Shown: one piece after another, positions 27,546 to 37,918 of the stretch | Position numbering within the stretch: the first letter of the stretch is position 1 | Layout of the letters: the number at the start of each line of letters is the position of its first letter | Origin: an uncultured Gemmatimonadota bacterium | GTDB taxonomy: Bacteria > GCA-2686955 | Length of the DNA: 64,000 bases | Direction: 5' to 3' | Assembly (NCBI GenBank): GCA_964490075.1 | Contig: CAZBBK010000023.1 | Span: 1 to 64,000, forward strand | The notes under the pieces: model-generated | What the model was told of the DNA's origin: nothing | Databases searched by the model: none | The model's input: only the letters and a program-made list of their open reading frames with translations | Position numbers and translations under genes: made by a program

Positions 27546-28307
27546 TCACCCCGAGCCCGCGATCACGTAGTGGTTCATCCTGCCACCAGCGCCATCGGCA
27601 TCGAAGCGCTCGAGCGGGTGCAGCGCGGCGGCGGCGAGGAGCGCGTTCTGCTCCGCGGCCGATGCATGGTGACAGTAACGGTAACGCGCCGGGTCGCCGC
27701 CCCAGCGCAGCAGGTGGTCGCCCGGCTCCAGGTCGTCGGGGTCGAGGGCGCCGGCGGCGGAATCGGGGAGGGCGGAGAGCTCGTGGCGGGGAACGATTCT
27801 GCGTTGCAGGCGCGGATGTTCGGCGAAGCGCCAGAAGGTGAGGGCGACGCGCCCCCCGGGGGCGAGCAGGGCGGCGGCGCGGCGTAGCAGGGAGGCGCGC
27901 GCGGCGAAGCTGGGGACGTGGTGCAGCAGGCCGAAGAGGGTCGCCAGGTCGAAGCGCGCATCTCCGGGCGGCGGCGCGAGCGGGTGGTTCAACACGTCCC
28001 GGTGCTCGAAGCGCAGCCGGGAGGGGGAGCGGGGATCGGGGGCGGGGCAATCGCGCAGCAGCGGCCTGGAGGCGTCGAGGCCGAGGTAGTCGATCGGCCG
28101 GGCGGCGTGGCCGAGCAGGAAGCGGGCGAAGCGGCCGTTGCCGCAGCCGATGTCGAGCACGCGCAGCGGCACTGTGCTCGGCGCCGCTGCGAGGACTCGC
28201 GACCAGCCTGGCCAGGGGGCGCGGCGGGTGGCGCTGAACTCGCCGGCGTGGTCGGAGTAGAAGCGGCGGTTGAGCGCTTCGAGTGCGTGAAGGGTGGCGG
28301 GTTTCAT
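27546..28307 (-). CDS. Class I SAM methyltransferase, Trm9/ALKBH8-like (putative tRNA cm5U34 methyltransferase)
   Basis: FSATRRAPWP, VLDIGCGNG, GLDAS, FGLLHH, PGG.VALTFW, DHLLRW, RYCHH; start MKPATL at 28307. Confidence 0.75.
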   Translation of the reverse strand: MKPATLHALEALNRRFYSDHAGEFSATRRAPWPGWSRVLAAAPSTVPLRVLDIGCGNGRFARFLLGHAARPIDYLGLDASRPLLRDCPAPDPRSPSRLRFEHRDVLNHPLAPPPGDARFDLATLFGLLHHVPSFAARASLLRRAAALLAPGGRVALTFWRFAEHPRLQRRIVPRHELSALPDSAAGALDPDDLEPGDHLLRWGGDPARYRYCHHASAAEQNALLAAAALHPLERFDADGAGGRMNHYVIAGSG

Positions 28308-28331
28308 CGAGACAGAATAAGCTGAACAGCC
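28308..28331. promoter_or_regulatory. Putative bidirectional leaderless promoter
   Basis: 24-bp spacer between divergent ATGs; TATTCT on minus 6 nt before ATG and TAAGCT on plus 8 nt before ATG; no SD on either strand. Confidence 0.5.
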
Positions 28332-30086
28332 ATGAGTCACGGCGGCAAGGCGACCTGGAAGAGCTTCGATCCGGCGGCCTACGAGGCGCAGCTCAGCGAG
28401 ATTCTGCGGCGCGTTGCCGAGCTGCCGCGCGTCGACGCCGAGTCGTTGCACGCCATCCTGCGCGAGGTTCCGAAGGATGGCAACGGATTTTTCTCGCGCA
28501 GCGATCTGATCGCTGGACTTCGGGCGCTGGCACCGCGCCGATCCTTCGGCGTCGACCGGGCAGAGCTGGAGCGGCGGCTGCGGCGTAAGCCGGTGCGAAC
28601 CCGGAGCGGGGTGGCGCCGGTGACGGTGATGACGGCTCCTCATCGGTGTCCCGGGCACTGTGTGTTCTGTCCCTCCGAGGCGGGGATGCCGAAGAGCTAC
28701 CTGGCGAGCGAGCCCGGGGCGCAGAGGGCTCTGGCCAACGCATTCGATCCTTTTCTCCAGACCTGGAATCGTGTCGCCGCCTTGCATCAGCTAGGCCATC
28801 CGGTCGACAAGATCGAGCTGCTGATTCTGGGCGGGACCTGGTCCGCCTATCCCTTGCCCTACCGGGTGTGGTTCGTGCGCCGTTGCCTGGAAGCGCTGAA
28901 CCGGATCGGCGCGGAGCATTGGCGGCCCATGGGCCCGGAGGTAGGGGAGGAGCGGCGGCCGACCGAAGGTCCGCGCGCGGAGCCGGACTGGGAGGGGCTG
29001 GCGCGGGCGCAGCGGTGCAACGAGCGTGCCGGCCGCCGTTGCGTGGGGCTGGTGCTGGAGACCCGGCCGGACCACGTCGATGCCGCCGAGGTGCTGCGCA
29101 TGCGGCGTCTGGGGGCGACCAAAGTGCAGCTTGGGGTGCAGAGCCTGAGCGACGATATTCTGCGTCTGAGCGGGCGCGGCCACAACGTCGCCGAGAGCCG
29201 CGCCGCGGTGGGATTGCTGCGGAGCGCGGGGTTCAAGATTCACCTGCATTGGATGCCAAACCTGGTCGGCGCCACGCCGGCGTCGGACCGCGACGATTTT
29301 GCTCGCCTCTTCGATGATCCCGCGCTGCGCCCGGACGAGCTCAAGATCTACCCCTGTTCGCTGGTCGCGGGCACCGAGCTGATGGAGCTGCATCGACGCG
29401 GCGTGTGGCGGCCCTACGAGCTCGACGAGCTGGTCGATCTACTCGTGGACTGCCTGGCGCGCACGCCCGAATACTGTCGCGTGTCGCGCATGATTCGCGA
29501 CATTCCGGGCGATGAGATCGTCGCCGGCAGTCGGGTGACCAACCTGCGCCAGGTGGTCGAGGGGGAGCTGGAGCGGCGCGGATCGACGCGGCGCGAGATC
29601 CGTGGCCGGGAAATCGGCGGCGGCGACTTCGATCCGCGGGGAGTGGCGGAGCGGAGCGCGTGCTACACCACCGAGGGCGGTGAAGAGGTGTTTCTTCAAG
29701 CGCTGAGCGACGACGATCGACTGCTGGCGTTTCTAAGGCTGTCGCTGCCGCGCGGGGCGGCGCCGGTGAGCGAGTTGGAGGGCGCGGCCGTCATTCGCGA
29801 GGTGCATGTCTATGGCGCGGCGGCGCGCCTGCCGGGGAGCGCGGAGGGCGACGATCGGCGGGGCGGTCCGCAGCACCGCGGGCTCGGCCGGCGGCTGGTG
29901 GAGCGGGCGGAGCGGCGGGCGCTGCGGAGGGGCTACCGGTGTCTGGCGGTGATCTCGGCGGTGGGGACGCGCGGCTACTACCGGGGGTTGGGCTTCACCG
30001 ACGGGGAGCTCTATCAGCATCGCGCGCTCGATGGCGAGGGCAAATTTGACAAGAGCCCGGAGGATGCGGGAGACTGCAAGGTTTAG
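28332..30086 (+). CDS. elp3: Elp3-type tRNA uridine(34) carboxymethyltransferase (radical SAM + KAT)
   Basis: RTRSGVAPVTV, CPGHCVFCP, PKSY..EP, LGGTW, ETRPD, LGVQS, KIYP, RMIRDIP, IREVHVYG, QHRGLG, VISAVGTRGYY. Confidence 0.95.
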   Translation: MSHGGKATWKSFDPAAYEAQLSEILRRVAELPRVDAESLHAILREVPKDGNGFFSRSDLIAGLRALAPRRSFGVDRAELERRLRRKPVRTRSGVAPVTVMTAPHRCPGHCVFCPSEAGMPKSYLASEPGAQRALANAFDPFLQTWNRVAALHQLGHPVDKIELLILGGTWSAYPLPYRVWFVRRCLEALNRIGAEHWRPMGPEVGEERRPTEGPRAEPDWEGLARAQRCNERAGRRCVGLVLETRPDHVDAAEVLRMRRLGATKVQLGVQSLSDDILRLSGRGHNVAESRAAVGLLRSAGFKIHLHWMPNLVGATPASDRDDFARLFDDPALRPDELKIYPCSLVAGTELMELHRRGVWRPYELDELVDLLVDCLARTPEYCRVSRMIRDIPGDEIVAGSRVTNLRQVVEGELERRGSTRREIRGREIGGGDFDPRGVAERSACYTTEGGEEVFLQALSDDDRLLAFLRLSLPRGAAPVSELEGAAVIREVHVYGAAARLPGSAEGDDRRGGPQHRGLGRRLVERAERRALRRGYRCLAVISAVGTRGYYRGLGFTDGELYQHRALDGEGKFDKSPEDAGDCKV

Positions 30087-30164
30087 GAGGGGGAGTCGGG
30101 GTCCGCAATCGATCGCGTCGACGGCACCCTGGCGCCCCTTCTCGCTTCGTGGAGATCGCGTTCC

Positions 30165-30986
30165 ATGGCCAAGCCCCGCATCGTATCGCTGGAACCCAGC
30201 TGCACCGATCTCATCTTCTCGCTCGGGCGCGAGGAGTGGCTGCACGGCGTCACCGCGTTTTGCCGCAAGATCCCCGAAATCGGTGATCGGGTGGTCGACC
30301 TGGAGCTGCCTTCCCTGGGGGGGTTGAACTACCCGCGCTACGAGCTGATGGAGAAGATCCGCCCCGACCTGGTGCTCACCGCCACCCAGTGCTCGCAGCA
30401 GATGATGCGCGAGCTGGTGGCGCGTCATTTCAACGTCGTCTCGCTCAATCCCTTCACCTGGGACGACATCCTGCGCAACATCAACCTGCTCGGTTGGCTG
30501 CTCGACGCCAAGGAGACCGCGGCCGACCTGATCAAGCGCCTGCAGAACGACATCCGGCGCTACCAGCGCAAGGCGCGCGAGCTGCCGGCGCGGCCCTCGC
30601 TCTACGTCGAAACCCAGCTCAAGCCGGTCGCCTATGCTCCCGACTGGGTGCGCCAGATGTGCGAGTTCGTGGGGGGAATGGATCCCTACGCCGAGCGTCG
30701 TGGGGGGAGCGACGCGACGCGCATCGTCGACATCGACGATCTGCAGCGCCGCGATCCCGACGCCATCATCCTGGCCTGGTCGATGGCCGACGGCGACCAC
30801 GACTGGGAAAAGGTCTTCGACCGTCCCGGCTGGGACGACCTGCGCGCGGTGCGCGAGGAGCGGATCTACGACGTCGACGCGCGCAATCTGCTGCATCCGG
30901 GCACCGCCCTCTTCGAAGGGCTCGACGAGCTGGCGCGGATCGTCAGCGCGATCGCGCACACGGTGGCCGACGAAGAGCTCTACTAA
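30165..30986 (+). CDS. BtuF-like helical-backbone (cobalamin/siderophore) binding protein
   Basis: PRIVSLEPSCTDLIFSLG, RPDLVL, DPDAIIL, W..LRAVRE.RIY, LLHPG; no signal peptide. Confidence 0.8.
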   Translation: MAKPRIVSLEPSCTDLIFSLGREEWLHGVTAFCRKIPEIGDRVVDLELPSLGGLNYPRYELMEKIRPDLVLTATQCSQQMMRELVARHFNVVSLNPFTWDDILRNINLLGWLLDAKETAADLIKRLQNDIRRYQRKARELPARPSLYVETQLKPVAYAPDWVRQMCEFVGGMDPYAERRGGSDATRIVDIDDLQRRDPDAIILAWSMADGDHDWEKVFDRPGWDDLRAVREERIYDVDARNLLHPGTALFEGLDELARIVSAIAHTVADEELY

Positions 30987-30994
30987 ACCGCCGA

Positions 30995-32080
<1,086 letters not shown>

Positions 32081-32178
32081 CGCGGTCTCCGCCCGCGCGT
32101 GCGGCGTGCGCGGGGTCAGTTTCAGCCTACCACCAGTTTGGCGGAGAAGATCGGTCGGGCGCCGGTAGGATTGGCGGC

Positions 32179-33213
32179 GTGACGCGACCCACCCCCGCGC
32201 CTGAAATCGCGATTCTCGCGTCTGACCTGCTCGAGGCGGCGGCGATGGCGGCGCCCTTCGTCGATCGCGGCGTAGTCCTGACCCTGGAGGTCGACGGCGG
32301 GGCCGATCGCGGCTCGGCGCCGGCTGCGCTGATCGATCCGCGCGGTCTCGAAGAACACGACATCCTGCGCCGCTTCGGCGTCGCGGCTCGCGCGCGTGTG
32401 GCGGCGGGGGCGGATCTGCTGCTGGTCGGCGTCGAGGCGGGGCTGGACCATTTCCCGGCGGCCGCCACTCTGGGCGCCATGCACGGAGTCGCCACCCGCA
32501 AGGGCCTCCTGGCTCCGGCGTGGCCGCGCGGCGGCTACACCACCGAGGGCGCTGTGCAGCACCTGCACGGTGCCCACCTGGCGCCGACGATGCTGCACGC
32601 CTCGCTGGTGCGACAGGTGCACGCCGCCGCCGGGGGCACCTGGCTGCATCCCGAGGTGCTGCGGCTGGCGGCGGTGCGAGGCCCGCGCTTGAGGCGCCGT
32701 CTGTGGCGCGCCTGGGCGCGGGGCACTCGGCTGCCGATCGCTGACGCCGAGGCGGCCGGCGATCTGCTGCGCCTGGCGCGCGCGACCCTAGCCCTGCCGG
32801 GACGCGGCGACGTCAAGGTGCTGGCCGGTAGCCGAGCGCTGGCCTGGGCGGTGGCGCACGCGCTGGAGCTGGGCCGCCCGGGTCCCTCGGCCCACCCGAC
32901 CAAGGGCGCGACGCTGGCGATTCGGTTTCGCTCCGAGGCGGTTCCGGCGCCGCTGCGCGAGCTGCGCTGGATCGTTCGAGAAGATGACGAGCCGGGCGAG
33001 GGGAATCGGGATCGAGGCCGGGACCTGGTCGAGCTGGCGACCGCGCGCCGGCCGGAAGCGCTGGTGCTGCTGGGTCGCCGCCTGGCGCTGGGGCTCGGGC
33101 AGGCCGCCCGGGCGGAGGCGATAGAGATGCTGGGCACGGCGCGTGGCGGACTGGTCGGGGTGCGCCTGCTCGATGGGGCGCTGGAGGGGATGGTGGTGTG
33201 GATGGGGGGGTGA
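32179..33213 (+). CDS. Hypothetical protein
   Basis: 344-aa ORF with genome-like codon usage; TAGGAT 7 nt before GTG; no family recognised. Confidence 0.55.
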   Translation: MTRPTPAPEIAILASDLLEAAAMAAPFVDRGVVLTLEVDGGADRGSAPAALIDPRGLEEHDILRRFGVAARARVAAGADLLLVGVEAGLDHFPAAATLGAMHGVATRKGLLAPAWPRGGYTTEGAVQHLHGAHLAPTMLHASLVRQVHAAAGGTWLHPEVLRLAAVRGPRLRRRLWRAWARGTRLPIADAEAAGDLLRLARATLALPGRGDVKVLAGSRALAWAVAHALELGRPGPSAHPTKGATLAIRFRSEAVPAPLRELRWIVREDDEPGEGNRDRGRDLVELATARRPEALVLLGRRLALGLGQAARAEAIEMLGTARGGLVGVRLLDGALEGMVVWMGG

Positions 33214-33623
33214 AGGCGCGAGATCTGCGTGCCCAACCGTCTCAGTGGTGAGCTCAGCGCGGCGCGCCACCCCCGCCGGCGCGCTATCCTCCCCCCACGC
33301 GCTGCTTCAACACCACCGGCATCTGCATCCCCGAGATGCACTACATGGTACCGCCGATCCCGCGCTTGCCCCAGGCCAAGGGCCTGGTGCAGCCAGACGC
33401 CTACCTCGACCGGCTGAGCCTGGAGACCGGCGTGCTGGTGGTCTTCGATCGCCGCACGGCGGCGGCGCCCACGGAAGAGCGCACCGCTTTCGGTACCGCG
33501 ACGACCCCGCGGGGGCGCAAGGTGGTTCTGTTGCGGGGGTAGGAAGCCGGGTGTCGCGGCATCGCCCAGCGCGACCCGCCGCCACGGCGCGTGGCGGGCT
33601 GGTCGGCGTGCGCCTGCCCGACG
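33135..33623 (+). repeat. 41-bp imperfect direct repeat (33135-33175 and 33583-33623)
   Basis: CACGGCGCGTGGCGGACTGGTCGGGGTGCGCCTGCTCGATG vs CACGGCGCGTGGCGGGCTGGTCGGCGTGCGCCTGCCCGACG; 4 mismatches. Confidence 0.75.
33336..33542 (+). pseudogene. C-terminal remnant of an AAA-ATPase / PD-(D/E)XK nuclease-like protein
   Basis: GLVQPDAYLDRLSLETGVLVVFDRR...GRKVVLLRG resembles the tail of these proteins; the N-terminal part is absent. Confidence 0.55.
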
Positions 33624-33726
33624 TGGACATGGGCGGCACGAAAATACCCCCATAAAACATCCATCAAAGCGCGATAGTATGTGGTAATATAGCTCATTCA
33701 ATCCCGTCCCCGAGGTGATCGGATCG

Positions 33727-35100
33727 ATGCAACGCTTTACCACATCGGCCCTCGAAGAGTGGAAGACGAGCCCGCGCCGCAAGCCGCTGGTGGTGCGTGG
33801 TGCGCGCCAGGTCGGCAAGAGCTACCTGGTCGAGGACTTCGGAAGACGTGCGTTCGATCGGACCGTGACTCTGAACCTGGAGCGAGATCCGGAGCTGGGG
33901 AAGCTCTTCGCGAGCAATGACCCGCGAAGGATCGTGCGGGCGATCGAGCTGCAGCGCGACGCTCGGATCGATCCCGGCGATACGTTGCTCTTCCTGGATG
34001 AGATCCAGGCGGCACCGGCGGCATTCGGCGCCCTGCGCTACTTCCACGAAGAGATGCCGGATCTCCATCTCATCGCCGCGGGCTCGTTGCTCGATCTCGC
34101 ACTGCGGCAACCTTCCTTTCCGGTGCCGGTTGGCCGCATCGAGTACCTCCATCTCGGTCCCCTGACCTTCGAGGAGTTCCTGCTCGCCCGGGGCAACAAG
34201 GGGCTGCTCGATTTCATCTCCGGCTACGACTTCGCCGAGCCCGTCCCGGAGTCACTGCACGGCAGGCTGATCGATCTCGTGCGCGAGTTCTTCGTAGTTG
34301 GAGGGATGCCGGCGCCCCTCGCGGCTTTCGTTCAGAGCGGAGCGCTCGCCGACTGCGAGGCCGAGAAGCAGTCGATCCTGAGCACTCTCATGGATGACTT
34401 CGGCAAGTATGCGACGCGCAGCGATCCACGGCGTTTGCGCCGAGTGTTCACCCGTCTGCCGCTCCTGCTCGGTCGCAAGCTGAAGTTCGCGGCCGTCGAT
34501 CCCGGCGACCAGGCGCGGAACCTCGCTCGCGCCCTGGACCTGCTGTGCGAGGCCCGCGTCGCGCATCGGATCTTCCACAGCTCGGCCAACGGCATTCCGC
34601 TGCGCGCCGAAGGCAACGAGCGGGTCTTCAAGCCGCTCTTCGTCGACGTGGGGCTGGCGACATCGAGCTGCGGGTTGAACCTGCTGGACTTCGAGCGGGT
34701 CGACGAGCTCACCCTGGTCAACTCCGGCGCCATCTGTGAGCAGTTCGTCGGCCAGCATCTGCTGCACCAACGACAGTCGTTCATGCCTCCGGAGCTCTTC
34801 TACTGGGTACGCGAGAAGCGAGGATCCAGCGCCGAGGTGGACTATTTGCTGGCCGCCGGCGCCGCAATCGTGCCGCTCGAAGTGAAAGCGGGCGCGACGG
34901 GCAAGCTGAAGTCGATGCAGGTGTTTCTGGCCGAGAAGGGGCGGAGTCTCGGAGTGCGGATCAACAGCGACCGGCCGACCCGCCACGACGCCCACTACGC
35001 CCTGCCGCGGCGGACCGAGCAGACCTTTCGACTGCTCTCGATCCCCTTCTACCTGGTCGGGCAAGTGCGCCGGTTGATCGATGCCGAGCTCGGGCGTTGA
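33727..35100 (+). CDS. AAA_14 ATPase with DUF4143 domain
   Basis: RKPLVVRGARQVGKS, LFLDEIQ, AAGS, VGGMP, FVDVG, EVDY...PLEVKAG; AT-rich promoter-like region upstream (33650-33700). Confidence 0.92.
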   Translation: MQRFTTSALEEWKTSPRRKPLVVRGARQVGKSYLVEDFGRRAFDRTVTLNLERDPELGKLFASNDPRRIVRAIELQRDARIDPGDTLLFLDEIQAAPAAFGALRYFHEEMPDLHLIAAGSLLDLALRQPSFPVPVGRIEYLHLGPLTFEEFLLARGNKGLLDFISGYDFAEPVPESLHGRLIDLVREFFVVGGMPAPLAAFVQSGALADCEAEKQSILSTLMDDFGKYATRSDPRRLRRVFTRLPLLLGRKLKFAAVDPGDQARNLARALDLLCEARVAHRIFHSSANGIPLRAEGNERVFKPLFVDVGLATSSCGLNLLDFERVDELTLVNSGAICEQFVGQHLLHQRQSFMPPELFYWVREKRGSSAEVDYLLAAGAAIVPLEVKAGATGKLKSMQVFLAEKGRSLGVRINSDRPTRHDAHYALPRRTEQTFRLLSIPFYLVGQVRRLIDAELGR

Positions 35101-35964
35101 TCAAGTCCGGCTGCCCCGCGAAACCCACCGCCCCTCCTCGAACGCCACCCGCGTCGGCGCCCCGTCCCCGGCCGCGTCGCTCCGGGGCGGATAGAGGGGG
35201 TCGCCCGGCAGCAGCATCGTCGGCGTCCCGTCGACCCATTCCATGCGCGGCTCGATCGCCGGCAGCGGCAGCCGCGGCGCCGCCTCGATCACCGCCGCCG
35301 CGCTCTCGTAGTCGCGCAGCTGCTCCAGCGTGCTGAAGGTCGGCGGCCAGAGCGGGAAGTCGATGCGCGCGTGGCGTTCCAGCGCCTCGCTCGGGGTGAT
35401 CCAGGTCGAAGCGATGGTCTCGCCGGCGTCGTGCAAGGGCTCCTGGTCGTCCGGGTGCCGCGTCACCATGAAGTAGGTGTCGAAGCGCTTGGGCTGGGCG
35501 GCCGGCGTGATCCAGTGCGCGAAGACCCGCATCCCATCGAGCGCCAGCTCCAGATCGAGATCGCGCGCCACCTGGACCAGGCGCCGCTCGCCCCGATGCA
35601 CCCGCACCCGCTCGCGCGCCAGCGCCGCCCGTCCCCGCTGCGTCCCCAGTGCCGCTCCGCGCGCCAGCAGCACTCCGATCTCTTCGAAGCACTCCCGTAC
35701 CCCGGCCACCAGCAGCGCCCGCGCCAGCTCCGGCGAGCGCCCCAGGCGCGCCGCCATCCCCGGAGCGTCGAAGGGGGCGCACACCGCCGCCGCCGCCGCC
35801 GACCCGTCGTCCAAGTCGACCTGTCCGCCCGGATAGACGAAGGCCCCGGGCATGAACGAGGCCTGGTGCGAGCGCTGCACCATGAACACCTCGAAGCCGC
35901 CCTCCGGCCGATCGCGCAGCAGAATCACGGTCGCCGCCAGCCGGGCGCGGGCCGCGCCGTCCAT
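35101..35964 (-). CDS. NUDIX hydrolase (NUDT19-like)
   Basis: AATVILLRD, FVYPGGQVD, AGVRECFEEIGV, HWITP..PKRFDT.F, LWPPT. Confidence 0.88.
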   Translation of the reverse strand: MDGAARARLAATVILLRDRPEGGFEVFMVQRSHQASFMPGAFVYPGGQVDLDDGSAAAAAVCAPFDAPGMAARLGRSPELARALLVAGVRECFEEIGVLLARGAALGTQRGRAALARERVRVHRGERRLVQVARDLDLELALDGMRVFAHWITPAAQPKRFDTYFMVTRHPDDQEPLHDAGETIASTWITPSEALERHARIDFPLWPPTFSTLEQLRDYESAAAVIEAAPRLPLPAIEPRMEWVDGTPTMLLPGDPLYPPRSDAAGDGAPTRVAFEEGRWVSRGSRT

Positions 35965-37868
35965 CAGATCACCGGCGCGCGGTTGCCCGCCTTCCACTGC
36001 TCCAGGCTCGCCAGGTACTGGGTCACCGTCGGGTCGTCCGGGGCGATCTCCAGGGCCTTGCGGTAGGCCTTTTCCGCCTCGGCGAACTGCCCCGCCAAGT
36101 GATAGATGAGGCCGAACGCCGACAGGATCGTCACGTCGCCCGGTCGCGCCCGCAGCGCCGGGCCGATCAGCGACATCGCCTTGTTCAGGCGCTCGCCGTC
36201 CATCTGGCCGGTCGGCGCCATGGCGAAGTGCAGGTGGCAGGTGCCGAGCGCGGTCTGCACGTCCGGCTGCCCCGGGCACAGCTCCAGCGCCTTGCCGAGG
36301 GTCTCCTCGGCCTTTTCCCACTCGGCCAGGTTGCGGTGGCCGATCCCGAGCGCGTACCAGGGTTGCCACAGGCCGAGCTCTTCGTCGCCGTCCAGGAAAG
36401 TGCGCAGCGCCCCCAGCCCTTCGGCGTCGGTGGACTCCCAGATCTTGTGGCTGAGTGTGTCCATCTCGGTGGCCCGCTCCGGCTGCTCGATCCCGAAGAG
36501 CGCCAGCCGTGCGTCGGCTCCGGCGGGGCCCCGCGGATCCATCTCCACCGCCTTGCGGTAGGCGTTCTTCGCGGCCTCCGTATCGCCCAGCCCGCGCTGC
36601 GCGTTGCCCAGCGCCACGACGCTCGGAATGTGCCCGGGCGCGTAGCGCAGATGGCGCTGCAGGTAGGGGATCGCCGCCGCCGGTTGCTCCTGCCCCGCCA
36701 GCATCGTGGCGTACTCGTAGAGCACCAGCGGCATCTTCTCGGGACGGGCCGCCGCCTTCTCGAAGTACTGCCTCGAGCGCTCCTGCTCGCCGCGCTGGTT
36801 GCAGTAGGCCGCCATGTTGCGCAGCGCCGGGGTGAACGCGGGATCGAGCTCGAGCGCCTCCAGCCACTGCGCCTCCGCCGCGTCCATCTCGCCGCGGCCC
36901 GCCAGCGCCGTGCCGTAGCGCTCGCGCACCGCCGCGCCGTGCTCGGCGTGATCCGCCAGCTCCGTGTAGAGCGCGTCCTCCTCCTCTTGCTGCCCCAGGA
37001 AGCGATACAGATCGGCCAGCGCGAAACGCGCCGGCAAGTAGCCCAGGTCGAGCTCGATCGCCTTCTTCAGCGTCTCTTCCGCCTCGTCGGTGGCCGGCGG
37101 CTGCGAGAAGGTGGCGTGCACCGAGGCCTGGATATGCCAGAGCTGCGGGGAGTCGTCGAAGATCTCCAGCGCTCGGCCGAGGATCGGCTTGGCGGCCTCC
37201 GCCAGCTGCGGGGCGCGGGGGTCGAAGAAGCGCCCGAGCGCCGCCACCAGCCCGTCGAGCGCCGGCTTCGATCCCGGCACCGCGTCGGCCAGCTCGAAGA
37301 AGGGCTCCATCGACTGCTCCAGATCGTCGGCCGGAGGCCGGGCGCCGATTTCCAGCCGCGCCACCACGTCGCGGGTCTGGAAGAAGGCCCGCTGTGCCGC
37401 CGCGTGCGGCAGCAGCAGCTCTTCCTGCGGCGGCGGTGTGTCGCTCACCTCCAGCGCGGCGACCAGCGCCTCTCCGACCGCGGCCGGCAGCTTTTCCAGG
37501 TTCTCGCGCGGCAAGGTGATGTCTTCCAGCAGCCGGCTCGACCCCGACTCTACGTCGAGGATCTGCATCCGCACCGTCACCTTCTCGGCGTCCTCGAGAA
37601 TGCCGGTCACCACCTTCTGTGCGGCGTGCTGCTTGCCCAGCGCGCGTGCCTGGTCGTCCGGCATCGGCTTGGTGAAGGCGACCAGCACCGGGGCGCCTTC
37701 TTTGGTCTGCCCGGCCATGCGGGCGTAGGCGGTCGCCAGCGAGGGTCCGGCGAACAGGCGCGACACCAGCTCGGGCAGCCAGCGTGCCAGCATGGCGGTA
37801 TCGGCGCTGGCCTGGGCACCCGGCGCGACGCCGGAGACGGAGAGGGGGAGAAAGAGTGCGCGAATCAC
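35964..37868 (-). CDS. Tetratricopeptide-repeat protein
   Basis: Multiple TPR units (KAIELD, EALELDP, KAVEMDP, KALELCP, KALEIAPDD); N-terminal alpha/beta domain. Confidence 0.85.
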   Translation of the reverse strand: MIRALFLPLSVSGVAPGAQASADTAMLARWLPELVSRLFAGPSLATAYARMAGQTKEGAPVLVAFTKPMPDDQARALGKQHAAQKVVTGILEDAEKVTVRMQILDVESGSSRLLEDITLPRENLEKLPAAVGEALVAALEVSDTPPPQEELLLPHAAAQRAFFQTRDVVARLEIGARPPADDLEQSMEPFFELADAVPGSKPALDGLVAALGRFFDPRAPQLAEAAKPILGRALEIFDDSPQLWHIQASVHATFSQPPATDEAEETLKKAIELDLGYLPARFALADLYRFLGQQEEEDALYTELADHAEHGAAVRERYGTALAGRGEMDAAEAQWLEALELDPAFTPALRNMAAYCNQRGEQERSRQYFEKAAARPEKMPLVLYEYATMLAGQEQPAAAIPYLQRHLRYAPGHIPSVVALGNAQRGLGDTEAAKNAYRKAVEMDPRGPAGADARLALFGIEQPERATEMDTLSHKIWESTDAEGLGALRTFLDGDEELGLWQPWYALGIGHRNLAEWEKAEETLGKALELCPGQPDVQTALGTCHLHFAMAPTGQMDGERLNKAMSLIGPALRARPGDVTILSAFGLIYHLAGQFAEAEKAYRKALEIAPDDPTVTQYLASLEQWKAGNRAPVI

Positions 37869-37918
37869 GGGATGCTCGGTGTTGGAGGTGCTACTGCGGG
37901 TCGAAGGAAACGCTCAGT

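Noticed and set aside
30040-30165. Possible cobalamin riboswitch before the BtuF-like gene
   Set aside because: Only a vague resemblance to the B12 box; the space is too short and the conserved core is absent
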